The translations under genes and the position numbers were made by a program. Positions 20,350 to 30,265 of a stretch of DNA of 64,000 nt are shown here, piece after piece. Source of the DNA: Myxococcota bacterium (lineage in GTDB: Bacteria; Myxococcota_A; SURF-8); contig CAXXQS010000001.1 of the NCBI GenBank assembly GCA_963674735.2, positions 1,312,001-1,376,000 of the forward strand, written 5' to 3'. The notes below the pieces were generated by a model. It worked only from the letters and a program-made list of their open reading frames with translations, did no database searches and had not been told where the DNA came from. How positions within the stretch are numbered: position 1 is the stretch's first letter; every line of letters starts with the position of its first letter.

Positions 20350-23300
20350 ATGAATTCGATACGCTGGATGGCTTGGATGCTGATCTTGATTGTCGCCTTC
20401 GGGCTTGGAGCCTGCATGGAAGACGATGTCGACTTCAGCGATGGAGACGACCCGGAAGACGGCGATGATGTCGATGGCGACGCTGCGGACGGCGATTTCG
20501 ACTGGTCGCTGCCCGGCGACGGAGACGGCACGGACGGCGATCTTCCCGACGGCGACAAGCCGGACGGCGATGTCCCGTTGGCGTGTCCCGGTACGACGAT
20601 CGAGCCGGACAATCCCGTTGAAGACAGCACCGTCGATAGTCGCAACAACTGGAGCGATTACAGCTGTCTTTCCGCCGAGGAAAACGGTCCTGAAAAACTT
20701 TACCGTTTCGTCGCTCCCGCCTGCGAAGGCACTCTCAACGCGACTGTCGATCTCTCCGAGATGTCGGCCGATCTCGATCTGTTGCTGCTCGATAGCTGCA
20801 ACCCGGCCGACTGCACGCGTTTTTCCAACACCTACGTGGATGAACGCATCGCCTTCAGCGCGACCCCGGGCGAGGATTATTACATCGTGGTCGATGGCTT
20901 CGACGGCGCGGCCGGCTCGTTCACGCTGGAGCTGACCTTCGATTGTCAACAGGGAACCGACGGCGATTCGGATGGAGACAGCGACGGCGATCAGACCGAC
21001 GGGGATAGTGGGGTGAGCCCCGGTGCGAATTGCGCCGATCCCTTGCCGCTGACCCTGAGCAACGGCGATATCGCTGGAAACACCAGTGGGGGCGGCAACG
21101 ACTTCGAGGGTAGTTGCCAGAGCAATAACGGCAGCGACCGGGTTTATGTGTTTACCGTTGCCGAAACGATCAAAATAACCTTTGAAGCCTCCGGCTTCGA
21201 TACCGTCATGTATCTGCGATCCGATTGCGACGATACCGCTTCGCAAATTGCCTGCGATGATGATGGCGGTGCGTCGCACAATGCGCGTATCAGCGAAGAC
21301 CTCGATCCCGGAACCTATTACCTGATCGTGGACGGTTTCGGCGAGAACGAGGGAGCTTTCACTTTGAATACGAAGTTGGATTGCCCGGCGGGAGAAGTGT
21401 ACGATCCCGGTAGCCAGGACTGCGTGGACGATCCCTGCGAGCCCAATCCCTGCTCGGCGGCCAATCAGTCCGTTTGCGTCTACCAGCCGCCCAGCGGCCA
21501 CACCTGCGATTGCGATAGCGGCTATGTGCCGGACGGCGCGGGTGGCTGCATGGTCGATCCCAATCCCAGCGGCGAAACCTGTAGCTCTCCCTTTGTGCTG
21601 ACGCCTTCAAGCGGCAGTGAGAGCGGCAGCACCGTTGGAGCCGGAAATTACTACGCCGGTAGTTGTGTGGGCGACGGTCCCGAGCACGTGTATTCGGTCA
21701 CGTTGACCGAAACCGTCATGGCCAGCATTTATATGGACGGCTACGATACGGGGCTGTACATTCGGCGCGACTGCGACAACAACAACACCGAGGTGAAGTG
21801 CAACGACGATGGCGGCGACGGCTCCGATGCCTACATCGCCTTGGTCCTGGATCCCGGAGATTACTCCATTTTCGCCGACAGCTATGGAGACGGCGGCAAT
21901 TACACCTTGATCTACTCCTTCAATCCCGATCCCTGTGCGAGCGATCCTTGTCCGGCGGAAGCCGATTGCGTTCCCGATGCCGACTGGAGCGAATATACCT
22001 GCGTCTGTGCGGAGGGCTACGTGGCTTACGAGGACGCCTGTATCGACGATCCTTGCACCCCGAACCTCTGCGCTAGCGAACACCAGCACATTTGCCGCCC
22101 GGTGCTTCCGAGTGGCTACGCCTGCGACTGCGATCCGGGCTGGATTTCCGACGGCGCGGGAGGCTGTATGGTCGACCCCGATCCGAGCGGCGAAACCTGC
22201 GCCGAACCGCTTCCGCTTGATATTCTGGCCAGTGGCAGCACTTCCGACACCACCGCCGGAGCCGGATCGAATTACAACGGCGAATGCGGCGGGTCCGGTC
22301 CCGAACGGGTGTACGGCTTCGTCCTGGACGAGCCGATGTATAGCGTCTTCGAAATGAGCGGTTTCGATACGGTTCTGCATCTGCGTAGTGAATGTGACAA
22401 TGCCGACAGCCAGTTGGCCTGTGACGACGACGGCGGACCGAGTTCCGGCTCGCATCTGGCGCGCGTTCTCGAGGCCGGACCGTATTATCTTTTTGCCGAC
22501 AGCTACGGTTCCACCGGCGGCACCTACAATCTGACCTACCAGTTCAACCCCGATCCCTGCGCGGACGATCCGTGTCCGGGGTTGCCCGAGTGTGTGGCCG
22601 CGGCCGATTGGTCGAGCTACGAATGCGTCTGTCCTGCGGGCATGGTTCCGTGGGAGGAAAGCTGTGTGGACGATCCCTGCGAGCCGAATCTGTGCACGGA
22701 TCCATACATGAACCGCTGCGTCATGGATGGCGTGGATCAATACCATTGCGAATGCAATCTCGGCTACATTTCAGATGGGGCAGGCGGCTGTATCGTCGAT
22801 CCCGACGCCAACGATTGGGCTTTCTTCGTGTTCCTCAACGCCGACAACAATCTGGAGGACGATGGGTGGAGCGATGTGGCCGAAATGGTGACGGGCGGCG
22901 GATCGAATCCCTATGTTCACATCGTGGTGATGCTCGATACCTATAGCGGTCCGACCAATACGCTCTACATCACCGACCAGGCCACCAACGGCAATTACGA
23001 AACGTTGGTCGAACACGGGGAACTCAACTTGAGCGACTACCAGACCATGGCCGATTTCGGCGTCTGGGCGGTCGAACATTATCCCGCGCGGCATTACGCC
23101 TTTATCGCCTGGGATCACGGGGCGGGCTGGGAAAAACGTGCGCCGCAGGACGATCCGCTCACCAAAGGCTTTTCCAACGACGACCACGGAAGCGGGGCCG
23201 GAGAAATCAGTATTTCCAACGGCGATTATGCGCGCGCCATGGCGCAGATCACGGCGGCCTTGGGCGACAAGCTCGATGTGGTCGGTTTCGATGCCTGTTT

Positions 23301-23889
23301 GATGGGGATGTGGGAAGTCGCGGCGGCCACCGCCCCCTTCGCGCATTACCTGGTGGCCTCGGGCGATACCGAGCCGGCCTGGGGCTGGTCCTACGATTTG
23401 TTCATGCCCGGTCTGGTCGGCAATCCCGATCTCACGCCGCTTGAATTGGCCACCTCGATTGTCGATACGTATCATGAGTATTCGCCAAACAATGGAACAC
23501 TGGCGGTGGTGGATCTCGATACGATCGACGACCTGAACGACGCCATGTCGGATTTCGCGGATGCGCTGATGGACAATCCGAGTGTCTACACCCAGTTGGG
23601 GACGATTCGCAATGCGACCGAAAGTTTCTACGGCTTCTACGACATCATGCATTTCGCGTTGCAGGTGGCGGCTTCCGGCAGTATGCCGCAGGTCGTTAAA
23701 GATGCGGCACAGGCGCTGGTTACGCAGCTGGAAATCAGCATTGCCTACAATCAGAGCCATTTCGCCAACTCCCATGGCTTGACGGCTTACTTCCCCAATT
23801 CTTCGTTCAATACGGCTTACCAGGACGAGGGCGCGGTGTGGAGCCACAACAGTACGTGGGATGAATTCTTGATTGATTACACAGACTGA
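20350..23889 (+). CDS. Lipoprotein with DGD linker, four PPC-like domains, EGF-like Cys modules and C-terminal clostripain (peptidase C11) domain
   Basis: LGAC lipobox; GFDTVxYLRxxC and GxYYLIVDG repeats; LNADNNLE, WDHGAGW (His) and GFDACLMG (Cys) catalytic dyad. Confidence 0.9.
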   Translation: MNSIRWMAWMLILIVAFGLGACMEDDVDFSDGDDPEDGDDVDGDAADGDFDWSLPGDGDGTDGDLPDGDKPDGDVPLACPGTTIEPDNPVEDSTVDSRNNWSDYSCLSAEENGPEKLYRFVAPACEGTLNATVDLSEMSADLDLLLLDSCNPADCTRFSNTYVDERIAFSATPGEDYYIVVDGFDGAAGSFTLELTFDCQQGTDGDSDGDSDGDQTDGDSGVSPGANCADPLPLTLSNGDIAGNTSGGGNDFEGSCQSNNGSDRVYVFTVAETIKITFEASGFDTVMYLRSDCDDTASQIACDDDGGASHNARISEDLDPGTYYLIVDGFGENEGAFTLNTKLDCPAGEVYDPGSQDCVDDPCEPNPCSAANQSVCVYQPPSGHTCDCDSGYVPDGAGGCMVDPNPSGETCSSPFVLTPSSGSESGSTVGAGNYYAGSCVGDGPEHVYSVTLTETVMASIYMDGYDTGLYIRRDCDNNNTEVKCNDDGGDGSDAYIALVLDPGDYSIFADSYGDGGNYTLIYSFNPDPCASDPCPAEADCVPDADWSEYTCVCAEGYVAYEDACIDDPCTPNLCASEHQHICRPVLPSGYACDCDPGWISDGAGGCMVDPDPSGETCAEPLPLDILASGSTSDTTAGAGSNYNGECGGSGPERVYGFVLDEPMYSVFEMSGFDTVLHLRSECDNADSQLACDDDGGPSSGSHLARVLEAGPYYLFADSYGSTGGTYNLTYQFNPDPCADDPCPGLPECVAAADWSSYECVCPAGMVPWEESCVDDPCEPNLCTDPYMNRCVMDGVDQYHCECNLGYISDGAGGCIVDPDANDWAFFVFLNADNNLEDDGWSDVAEMVTGGGSNPYVHIVVMLDTYSGPTNTLYITDQATNGNYETLVEHGELNLSDYQTMADFGVWAVEHYPARHYAFIAWDHGAGWEKRAPQDDPLTKGFSNDDHGSGAGEISISNGDYARAMAQITAALGDKLDVVGFDACLMGMWEVAAATAPFAHYLVASGDTEPAWGWSYDLFMPGLVGNPDLTPLELATSIVDTYHEYSPNNGTLAVVDLDTIDDLNDAMSDFADALMDNPSVYTQLGTIRNATESFYGFYDIMHFALQVAASGSMPQVVKDAAQALVTQLEISIAYNQSHFANSHGLTAYFPNSSFNTAYQDEGAVWSHNSTWDEFLIDYTD

Positions 23890-23916
23890 TATATGCTCCC
23901 AGTCGAAAACTCCGAC

Positions 23917-23950
23917 ACGCCCCGGCTGTAAAAGTCGGGGCGTTTTCGTT
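23917..23950 (+). terminator. Intrinsic terminator
   Basis: acgccccggct-gtaaa-agtcggggcgt followed by tttcgtt. Confidence 0.75.
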
Positions 23951-24009
23951 CGACGTGTTTGCATTGAAAAAGATAACCTGAAGACAATTTCGAGGCGAGA
24001 AAGGAAAGG

Positions 24010-24444
24010 ATGATGCAGGATTTGGAAAGCCGTATCCGCGCTTTGATTACGCCGAAACAGCTTTCAGTACTGGCGACGCTTACACCCGATGGCCGTGCAT
24101 GGGCGCGCTACATGGTGAGTTTCGGTCAAGACGATTTCAGTATCATCTACGCCACCTACTCGGGCTCACGCAAGGTGAAGAATATCGAACGCAACCCGCG
24201 CGTGCATGTCACGATGGGCGCGAAAGAGGCCATGGAGCCGGTCGACTATCTGCAGGTTGTCGGAATGGCCGAGGTTTTGACGGATGAAAATTCGCGTCAT
24301 CATTACTGGCAGAACGATTTTACGGCCTTCTTTTCCGGCCCCGACGACCCTTCGTATGCCGTCATTCGCGTGGTGCCGGAGCGTATCGAATACGTCAGCA
24401 TGCGTGAACTCAACCACGCCGAAACGGAAATCTGGGAGGCTTAA
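24010..24444 (+). CDS. Pyridoxamine 5'-phosphate oxidase-like FMN-binding protein (general stress protein 26 type)
   Basis: VLATL, ARYM, SRKVKNIERNPRV, FSGPDDP. Confidence 0.85.
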   Translation: MMQDLESRIRALITPKQLSVLATLTPDGRAWARYMVSFGQDDFSIIYATYSGSRKVKNIERNPRVHVTMGAKEAMEPVDYLQVVGMAEVLTDENSRHHYWQNDFTAFFSGPDDPSYAVIRVVPERIEYVSMRELNHAETEIWEA

Positions 24445-25167
24445 CGCCTGGGCTTTTTCGCCCGCTGCGCCGTTGCGTGTATTGGCCGTGACCCACGAAA
24501 ATCGTCGTATCGTCAACATTCGTCTGACAGGGCAAATCTTTGCCTGATTGCCGCAGCAGGTGGCAATTCGCTCCATGCGCTCGCTGCGCTGTTTTTCGCA
24601 GCCGAAATTTTCATTTGTTGAAATCATTGGGTTTTTCGCCTTCAAAATAGGGGGTCGGCGTCTTTTCCTACCAACTTACCGGGTTGGGCGTAATACGTCA
24701 CATGTGGCGGTCGGTGTCGGGACACCGTAAAAGGCGGTAGAAGACTACGAGTTCAGCAACGTCTCGGCTTCAAACTGAAAAAGGGTTGGATTATTCGATA
24801 CATAAGGCTGTGTTGCAGAAAGACGAAACGGGGGCGGATGCGTCACAGTTTGCAAAACGGGTAGGCTTTTCACGGGAATAATCCATATAGTGAGTATATT
24901 GTCCGTGCCCGCTTTCATTGTGGTACTCTTAAGTGACTGATATCACATTACAATGTCCTCTTTTCCGGTTTTGCCCCAAGATGAGAAAGAGAAAGAGGGT
25001 GAATAATTGAAATAGGCCAGTAATATTATGGTGATAGAAAGTCGTAACAGAGTGTTTCACGCGATTCGTGCTCGATTCGAGATGCGGATTCGGCGGTTTT
25101 CAAGCTGCCTGGATCGACCGGACAGACAGCGACATTGTAAGTCATATAATGAACCAATTATACCAGT

Positions 25168-25191
25168 AAAAAGCCGGGCATAAGCCCGGCT
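25168..25191 (-). terminator. Terminator of lon
   Basis: agccgggc-ataa-gcccggct with an A-tract on the left. Confidence 0.8.
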
Positions 25192-25257
25192 GATGAGAAT
25201 AATTTCAGAGGTCGAAAACCGCAACGAGGCAAATGTCCGTTCCTCATCCGGCTTCGC

Positions 25258-27612
25258 TCAGTGCCGATTGAGACCGAGGGAATGATGCAGCACTTCATCC
25301 ATCTCCTTGACGAAAATGAAGTGCATGTCCTTGCGCGACGATTCGGAGATATCCTCCAGGTCTTTCTCGTTGCGTTCGGGCATGAGAATCGTTTTGATCC
25401 CGGCCCGCTTGGCCGCCAGCACTTTTTCCTTGATGCCGCCCACCGGCAGAACCGCGCCGCGCAACGTGATTTCGCCGGTCATGGCCACATCGTGGTGGAT
25501 GGGCGCTTTGACTAATAGAGAAGTCAAGGCCGCCATCATGGTGACGCCCGCGCTGGGGCCGTCTTTGGGGATGCTGCCCGCCGGGACATGCAGATGCAGG
25601 TCGTGGCTGGCGAACAAATCCTCATCGATATCAAGCACATCCGATTTCGAGCGGATGTAGCTGAGCGCCGCTTGGGCCGATTCTTTCATCACGTCGCCCA
25701 GTTGACCGGTGAGCACCAGCGCGCCTTTGCCCTTCATCATCGTCGCTTCGACGAACAGAATGTCGCCGCCGACGGGCGTCCAGGCGAGGCCGGTGGCGAC
25801 GCCGGTGCGCGAGACACGCTCCGCCACTTCGCTATAAAATTTGCGCTGACCGAGGATTTTTTCCACTTGGTCGGTGTCGATGTGGGTGGGGGCGGTGAGG
25901 CCGAAGGCTACGTTCTTAGCCACCGAACGACACACCGACGCGATTTCGCGTTTCAGATTGCGGACGCCCGCTTCCTTGGTGTAGCCGTTGATGATGAAGC
26001 TCAGGGCGTCGTCGCCGAAATCGATCAGATCGTCGGTCAATCCATGATCGACCACGTTTTCGGGAATCAGATAACGCCGCGCGATATGCAGCTTCTCTTC
26101 TTCGGTGTAGCCCGGAATGTTGATGACTTCCATGCGGTCGAGCAGAGCCGGCGGCACCGTGTCGAGCGTGTTGGCGGTGGTGATGAACAGCGCGTTTCTG
26201 AGATCGAAGGGGACGTCGATGTAATGATCGGAGAAGGCGTAGTTCTGTTCGGGATCGAGCACTTCCAAAAGGGCCGAGGCGGGATCGCCGCGAAAATCGC
26301 GTCCCAGTTTCTCGATTTCGTCGAGCATGAAAACGGGATTGTTGGTGCCGGTTTTCTTGAGCCCCTTAATGATACGCCCCGGCAGGGCGCCGATGTAGGT
26401 GCGCCGGTGGCCGCGAATCTCGGCTTCGTCGTGAACGCCGCCGAGCGACATGCGGTGAAACTCGCGTCCCAGCGCCTTCGCGATGGAACGACCCAGGGAC
26501 GTTTTGCCGACTCCCGGAGGCCCCTGCAGGCACAAGATCGGACCGCGCAGATCGCTTTTCAGCTTGCGGACGGCCAGAAATTCGATGATGCGGCGCTTCA
26601 CTTTTTCCAGGTCGTAGTGGTCTTCGTTGAGGATTTTTTCGGCCTGCTTGAGATCGATATCCACGTCGGACGACTTGGACCAAGGCAGTTCGACCATCCA
26701 ATCGAGGTAAGTCCGCACGACTTGGTATTCGGGAGAGCTGGTGTGCATGCGCGCCAGTCGTTTCAACTCTTTCATCGAAGCCTCATGCGCCTCTTCGGGC
26801 ATTCCGGCGTCTTCGATGGACTGGCGCAGCTTCTCCATTTCTTCCTGATTGCCGTCGGTTTCGCCAAGCTCTTTCTGGATGGCCTTCATCTGCTCGCGCA
26901 GATACACTTCACGCTGGTGGTTGTCGATTTTGTCTTTGACTTCCGTCTGGATTTTGTTGCCAAGCTCCAGAACCTCGACTTCACGGGTGATGATCTCGGT
27001 CACTTGCTTGAGACGATCCTTGATGGCAAGTGTTTCGAGCTGTTTTTGTTTCTCTTCAACCTCGATATCCAGATAATGAGACACCATATCGGCCAAATAG
27101 GCCGGGGTCGGCGCTTTGTCCACCAGGATGGTCGCCTCATCGGGAATACTGGGAGAGAGGCGAATGTAGCGGTGAATGATCTGCTTGAGATTTTTCGTGA
27201 TGGCGCGGATATCCAAGTCGTCGTCCGCTGCGGGTGCATCGGCGAAATATTCCACGCGGGCGATGTGATAAGGTTCCTCTTCGATCATTTCGACGATGCG
27301 AAAGCGAACCAGCCCCTGCACCAGCACGCTGGCGGTGGACTGTGAAATATCCGAGGTGCGCAGAATCTTGGAGATAGTCCCGTAGCGGTACAGATCGTCG
27401 TCACCGGGATAATCCACGTTTCCGTCGAATTGCGCCACCACCCCCATGTATTCGCTCGATCCGACCACTTCTCGCAACAACTTCAGGGAGCGGTCGCGCC
27501 CGATGGAAAGCGGCAGCGTCATGTATGGGAACAGTACCGTATTGCGAACCGGCAAAAGCGCCAGTTTTTCGGGAAGATCGTTGATAATTATCGATTCCAT
27601 ACTGTCGGTCAT
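25258..27612 (-). CDS. lon: ATP-dependent protease La
   Basis: LonN domain, GPPGVGKTS Walker A, RGHRRTYIGALPG, PKDGPSAG catalytic Ser, GGIKEK Lys. Confidence 0.98.
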   Translation of the reverse strand: MTDSMESIIINDLPEKLALLPVRNTVLFPYMTLPLSIGRDRSLKLLREVVGSSEYMGVVAQFDGNVDYPGDDDLYRYGTISKILRTSDISQSTASVLVQGLVRFRIVEMIEEEPYHIARVEYFADAPAADDDLDIRAITKNLKQIIHRYIRLSPSIPDEATILVDKAPTPAYLADMVSHYLDIEVEEKQKQLETLAIKDRLKQVTEIITREVEVLELGNKIQTEVKDKIDNHQREVYLREQMKAIQKELGETDGNQEEMEKLRQSIEDAGMPEEAHEASMKELKRLARMHTSSPEYQVVRTYLDWMVELPWSKSSDVDIDLKQAEKILNEDHYDLEKVKRRIIEFLAVRKLKSDLRGPILCLQGPPGVGKTSLGRSIAKALGREFHRMSLGGVHDEAEIRGHRRTYIGALPGRIIKGLKKTGTNNPVFMLDEIEKLGRDFRGDPASALLEVLDPEQNYAFSDHYIDVPFDLRNALFITTANTLDTVPPALLDRMEVINIPGYTEEEKLHIARRYLIPENVVDHGLTDDLIDFGDDALSFIINGYTKEAGVRNLKREIASVCRSVAKNVAFGLTAPTHIDTDQVEKILGQRKFYSEVAERVSRTGVATGLAWTPVGGDILFVEATMMKGKGALVLTGQLGDVMKESAQAALSYIRSKSDVLDIDEDLFASHDLHLHVPAGSIPKDGPSAGVTMMAALTSLLVKAPIHHDVAMTGEITLRGAVLPVGGIKEKVLAAKRAGIKTILMPERNEKDLEDISESSRKDMHFIFVKEMDEVLHHSLGLNRH

Positions 27613-27651
27613 GTCAACACCACCTGATTCGGTTTTAAAAGCTTAAAATGC

Positions 27652-27730
27652 CTATCGAGTTAAACGATTGAAGCTAATATAAGAGCGCGGATACCTGCTG
27701 TCAAGGCTCGCCCGTCTCTTAACTCGATAG
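27652..27730 (-). promoter_or_regulatory. lon sigma70 promoter bracketed by a perfect 12-bp inverted repeat
   Basis: Minus strand TTGACA(27704-27699)-17-TATATT(27681-27676); ctatcgagttaa 27652-27663 and ttaactcgatag 27719-27730. Confidence 0.65.
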
Positions 27731-27917
27731 ATCGGCAAAGCGGCGGTTGTATTTCGCCTGTTTTTAAAATACAGTTGGAATGACTTACGATTTTGGAAAA
27801 TCATGTCAAACGGATGGTCGGACAAAATGCTCATTGTAGAGAGCGAACAGGCCAAAGTGCAGAAAATCCGAACAAAGACGGCCAAACAGATCGTCGAAAT
27901 GGGGTTAGGAGCGCTTC

Positions 27918-28097
27918 ATGACTGTTGACGAGCGGAGCGAGTTACAAGTTGAAATCCGGCAGTTGGAGGCGCAATTGGCCGAGGCAAACGCGCGTTTGCC
28001 GGCTCATTCGATCCGTCCTCACCAATTGATGGAAGTGGAAGAGCTGGAGGAACGGCTGGCGGCGCTTGTCACGCGTCTGAAAGCGCTGGAGGGCTGA
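27918..28097 (+). CDS. Small 59-aa coiled-coil protein with LPAHSIRPHQ motif (not in the ORF track)
   Basis: aggag RBS; MTVDERSELQVEIRQLEAQLAEANARLPAHSIRPHQLMEVEELEERLAALVTRLKALEG. Confidence 0.8.
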   Translation: MTVDERSELQVEIRQLEAQLAEANARLPAHSIRPHQLMEVEELEERLAALVTRLKALEG

Positions 28098-28125
28098 AAA
28101 AGGCCCTGTGTCGTGTCGGGGATAA

Positions 28126-28154
28126 TTGACAGCCCCATCTATTCGGTGTAGAGT
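28126..28154 (+). promoter_or_regulatory. Sigma70 promoter of the Nfu-type gene
   Basis: TTGACA-17-TAGAGT. Confidence 0.6.
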
Positions 28155-28224
28155 TGAGTCAGTAAACCCGTAGTCGGGTGCCACACGCCCGGGCGGTTTC
28201 CGATCGCCCGAAAAGGAGGTTTGT

Positions 28225-28452
28225 ATGCTGGATCGCGATGCGATTGAGAAAGTTGTCAACGAGCGCATTCGCCCCGGTCTGATGATGGACGGCGGCAACA
28301 TCGAAATCGTCAATATCGAAGATGACAAAATTTTCGTCCGCCTGGTAGGGGCCTGCGGCAGTTGTCCGGGTGCGCAGATGACCTTGAAAATGGGAGTCGA
28401 GCGTATTTTGAAAAGCGAATTCGCCGACTTGCAGGAAGTGGTTCCGGTCTAA
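28225..28452 (+). CDS. NifU-C/Nfu-type Fe-S carrier protein
   Basis: IRPGLMMDGGNIE, LVGACGSCP; aggagg RBS. Confidence 0.93.
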   Translation: MLDRDAIEKVVNERIRPGLMMDGGNIEIVNIEDDKIFVRLVGACGSCPGAQMTLKMGVERILKSEFADLQEVVPV

Positions 28453-28478
28453 ACAGCCGGTTCCGTCGTGAAGCGCGC

Positions 28479-28524
28479 AAACGGGAAGCTTCCGCCGTCA
28501 TAGCGGTCGGCTTCCCGTTTTTTT
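28479..28524 (+). terminator. Intrinsic terminator
   Basis: aaacgggaagc...gcttcccgttttttt. Confidence 0.65.
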
Positions 28525-28557
28525 ATACCCCGAATAAACCGAGCGGGAGGAGATGGC

Positions 28558-28971
28558 ATGCTGAAGCGAATCGGTATTTCGTTGGAAGAAGACCTTCTGG
28601 AGAAATTCGATGTGCTCATCGAGGAGCGCGGTTACACCAACCGTTCGGAGGCGGTGCGCGATCTGATCCGCAATGAACTGGTCCAGAAGGAATGGACGGA
28701 CTCGCAGCATGTCAACATGGGCGTGGCAGTGCTGGTTTACGACCATCATAAGATGGATCTGGGCCAGCGACTGACCGACGTTCAGCACGATCACCACGAT
28801 CTGATCGTTTCGACCATGCACGTGCATATCGATCATCACAACTGCCTGGAAATGATCGTGTTGCGTGGAAAACAGCGTGACATCAAGAAGTTGGGAGAAT
28901 CTCTGATCAGCGTGCGCGGCGTCAAACACGGGCGTTTCATCCCGGCGACCACCGGAGCTTCGTTGAAATAG
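28558..28971 (+). CDS. nikR: Nickel-responsive transcriptional regulator
   Basis: RHH start RIGISL..FD..GYTNRSEAVRDLIR; YDHH; HVHIDHHNCLE Ni site. Confidence 0.96.
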   Translation: MLKRIGISLEEDLLEKFDVLIEERGYTNRSEAVRDLIRNELVQKEWTDSQHVNMGVAVLVYDHHKMDLGQRLTDVQHDHHDLIVSTMHVHIDHHNCLEMIVLRGKQRDIKKLGESLISVRGVKHGRFIPATTGASLK

Positions 28972-29168
28972 GCGGATTCGCCGCTTTTTTCGGATCCGCT
29001 TTGTCCGGCCGGGTTTTCTTCGGTCGGCTTCTCTTTTTTACCTCTTTGTTGCAATTCCACCCGAATCGGCCCCGATCTTTCCGTGAAACCCGTTGACCTT
29101 CATCCACATAATCAGCTAACATACTGCAAACAATTCGAATCCGCCGCCCGACATTAGGCTGCAAGAAT

Positions 29169-30260
29169 TTGTATTCACTGAACAACAGGATGATTACCAT
29201 GCTTCCATCGTCGTTGATCCGTATGGTTTCGCGTGTGGGTTGGCTGCTGCCGCTCGTGCTGTTAGTGGCGGCTTCCGGGTGCAGCGACGAAAACGAGCAA
29301 GTGGACGGCGATTCGGATCTTGTTCCCGCCGATGAAGAGACATTTGAGCAAACGAATCCGGATGGGGATGTGGACGAGACCGAGTTGGATTCGGATGGAG
29401 ATGCCGATTTAGACGAGATGGAAGGGGAGGGCGCAGGCGAGTCGGAAGGTGAAGTGGAGCATGAAGAAGTGGACGTCTTCGCGAATGGCTGCAACGGGTT
29501 TGATGTATTATGCGATCGCCGTTTCGATCAGGTAGCCTATGCCACCACCCACAACGCCATGTCGAACCAGGCCGATGGCTGGGTCGCCCCCAACCAGACC
29601 TACGGACTGCGCCGCCAGCTCGATGACGGCATCCGCGCCATGATGATCGACAGCTACGAATACGAGGACGACGCCTATCTCTGCCACGGCGACTGTCTTT
29701 TCGGCAGCATCAAGCTGGTTGAGGCTCTGGGCATTCTGAACGATTTTCTGGATGCGCATCCGGCCGAGGTGTTGACGCTGATTTTCGAGGACTATCTGGG
29801 TTTCGAAAAAACGGCGGCCGCCTTTACGGAAAGCGGACTGGCGCAGCGGGTGTATCATCACGATGCCGAAATCGGCTGGCCGACATTGCGCGATATGATC
29901 GCCGCCGACCGGCGGGTGGTCGTTTTATCCGATACCGGAGCGGATGACGACGGCTGGTATCTGAGATTGTTCGACCACTGTTTCGAAACGGACTGGGCCA
30001 ATAAAAAGCCCGAGGACTTCAGTTGCGACGACAATCGCGGCGATCCCGACAACGCCTTGTTCATCCTGAACCACTTCCTCACCAATCCGCTGGCCTCCAG
30101 CACACTGGCGGAGCAGGTCAACCACAACCCGTTTTTCCAGGAACGTGCGCAATCCTGCCGCGACCGCTACAGCCGCATCCTCAACTTCGTCACGGTGGAT
30201 TTTTACGACATCGGCGATGTTTTGGCGGTGACCGACAGCTTGAATGGAGTGGGCGAGTAA
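29169..30260 (+). CDS. Lipoprotein with PI-PLC-like (PLC-X) phosphodiesterase domain
   Basis: ASGC lipobox, acidic DGD linker, THNAM, QLDDGIRAMMID, LCHG, VLTLIFED, VDFY; true start probably a little downstream. Confidence 0.85.
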   Translation: MYSLNNRMITMLPSSLIRMVSRVGWLLPLVLLVAASGCSDENEQVDGDSDLVPADEETFEQTNPDGDVDETELDSDGDADLDEMEGEGAGESEGEVEHEEVDVFANGCNGFDVLCDRRFDQVAYATTHNAMSNQADGWVAPNQTYGLRRQLDDGIRAMMIDSYEYEDDAYLCHGDCLFGSIKLVEALGILNDFLDAHPAEVLTLIFEDYLGFEKTAAAFTESGLAQRVYHHDAEIGWPTLRDMIAADRRVVVLSDTGADDDGWYLRLFDHCFETDWANKKPEDFSCDDNRGDPDNALFILNHFLTNPLASSTLAEQVNHNPFFQERAQSCRDRYSRILNFVTVDFYDIGDVLAVTDSLNGVGE

Positions 30261-30265
30261 GCCAA

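Noticed and set aside
20137-21501. N-terminal 450 aa of the listed 597-aa minus ORF
   Set aside because: Antisense to the clostripain lipoprotein; only 19708-20136 looks coding
24445-25167. oriC or riboswitch in the long intergenic region
   Set aside because: No good DnaA boxes or recognisable aptamer, and the flanking genes are convergent
25588-27345. 585-aa ORF antisense to lon, and many similar shadow ORFs
   Set aside because: They mirror real genes, which is expected from GC-rich codon bias; no motifs or RBS
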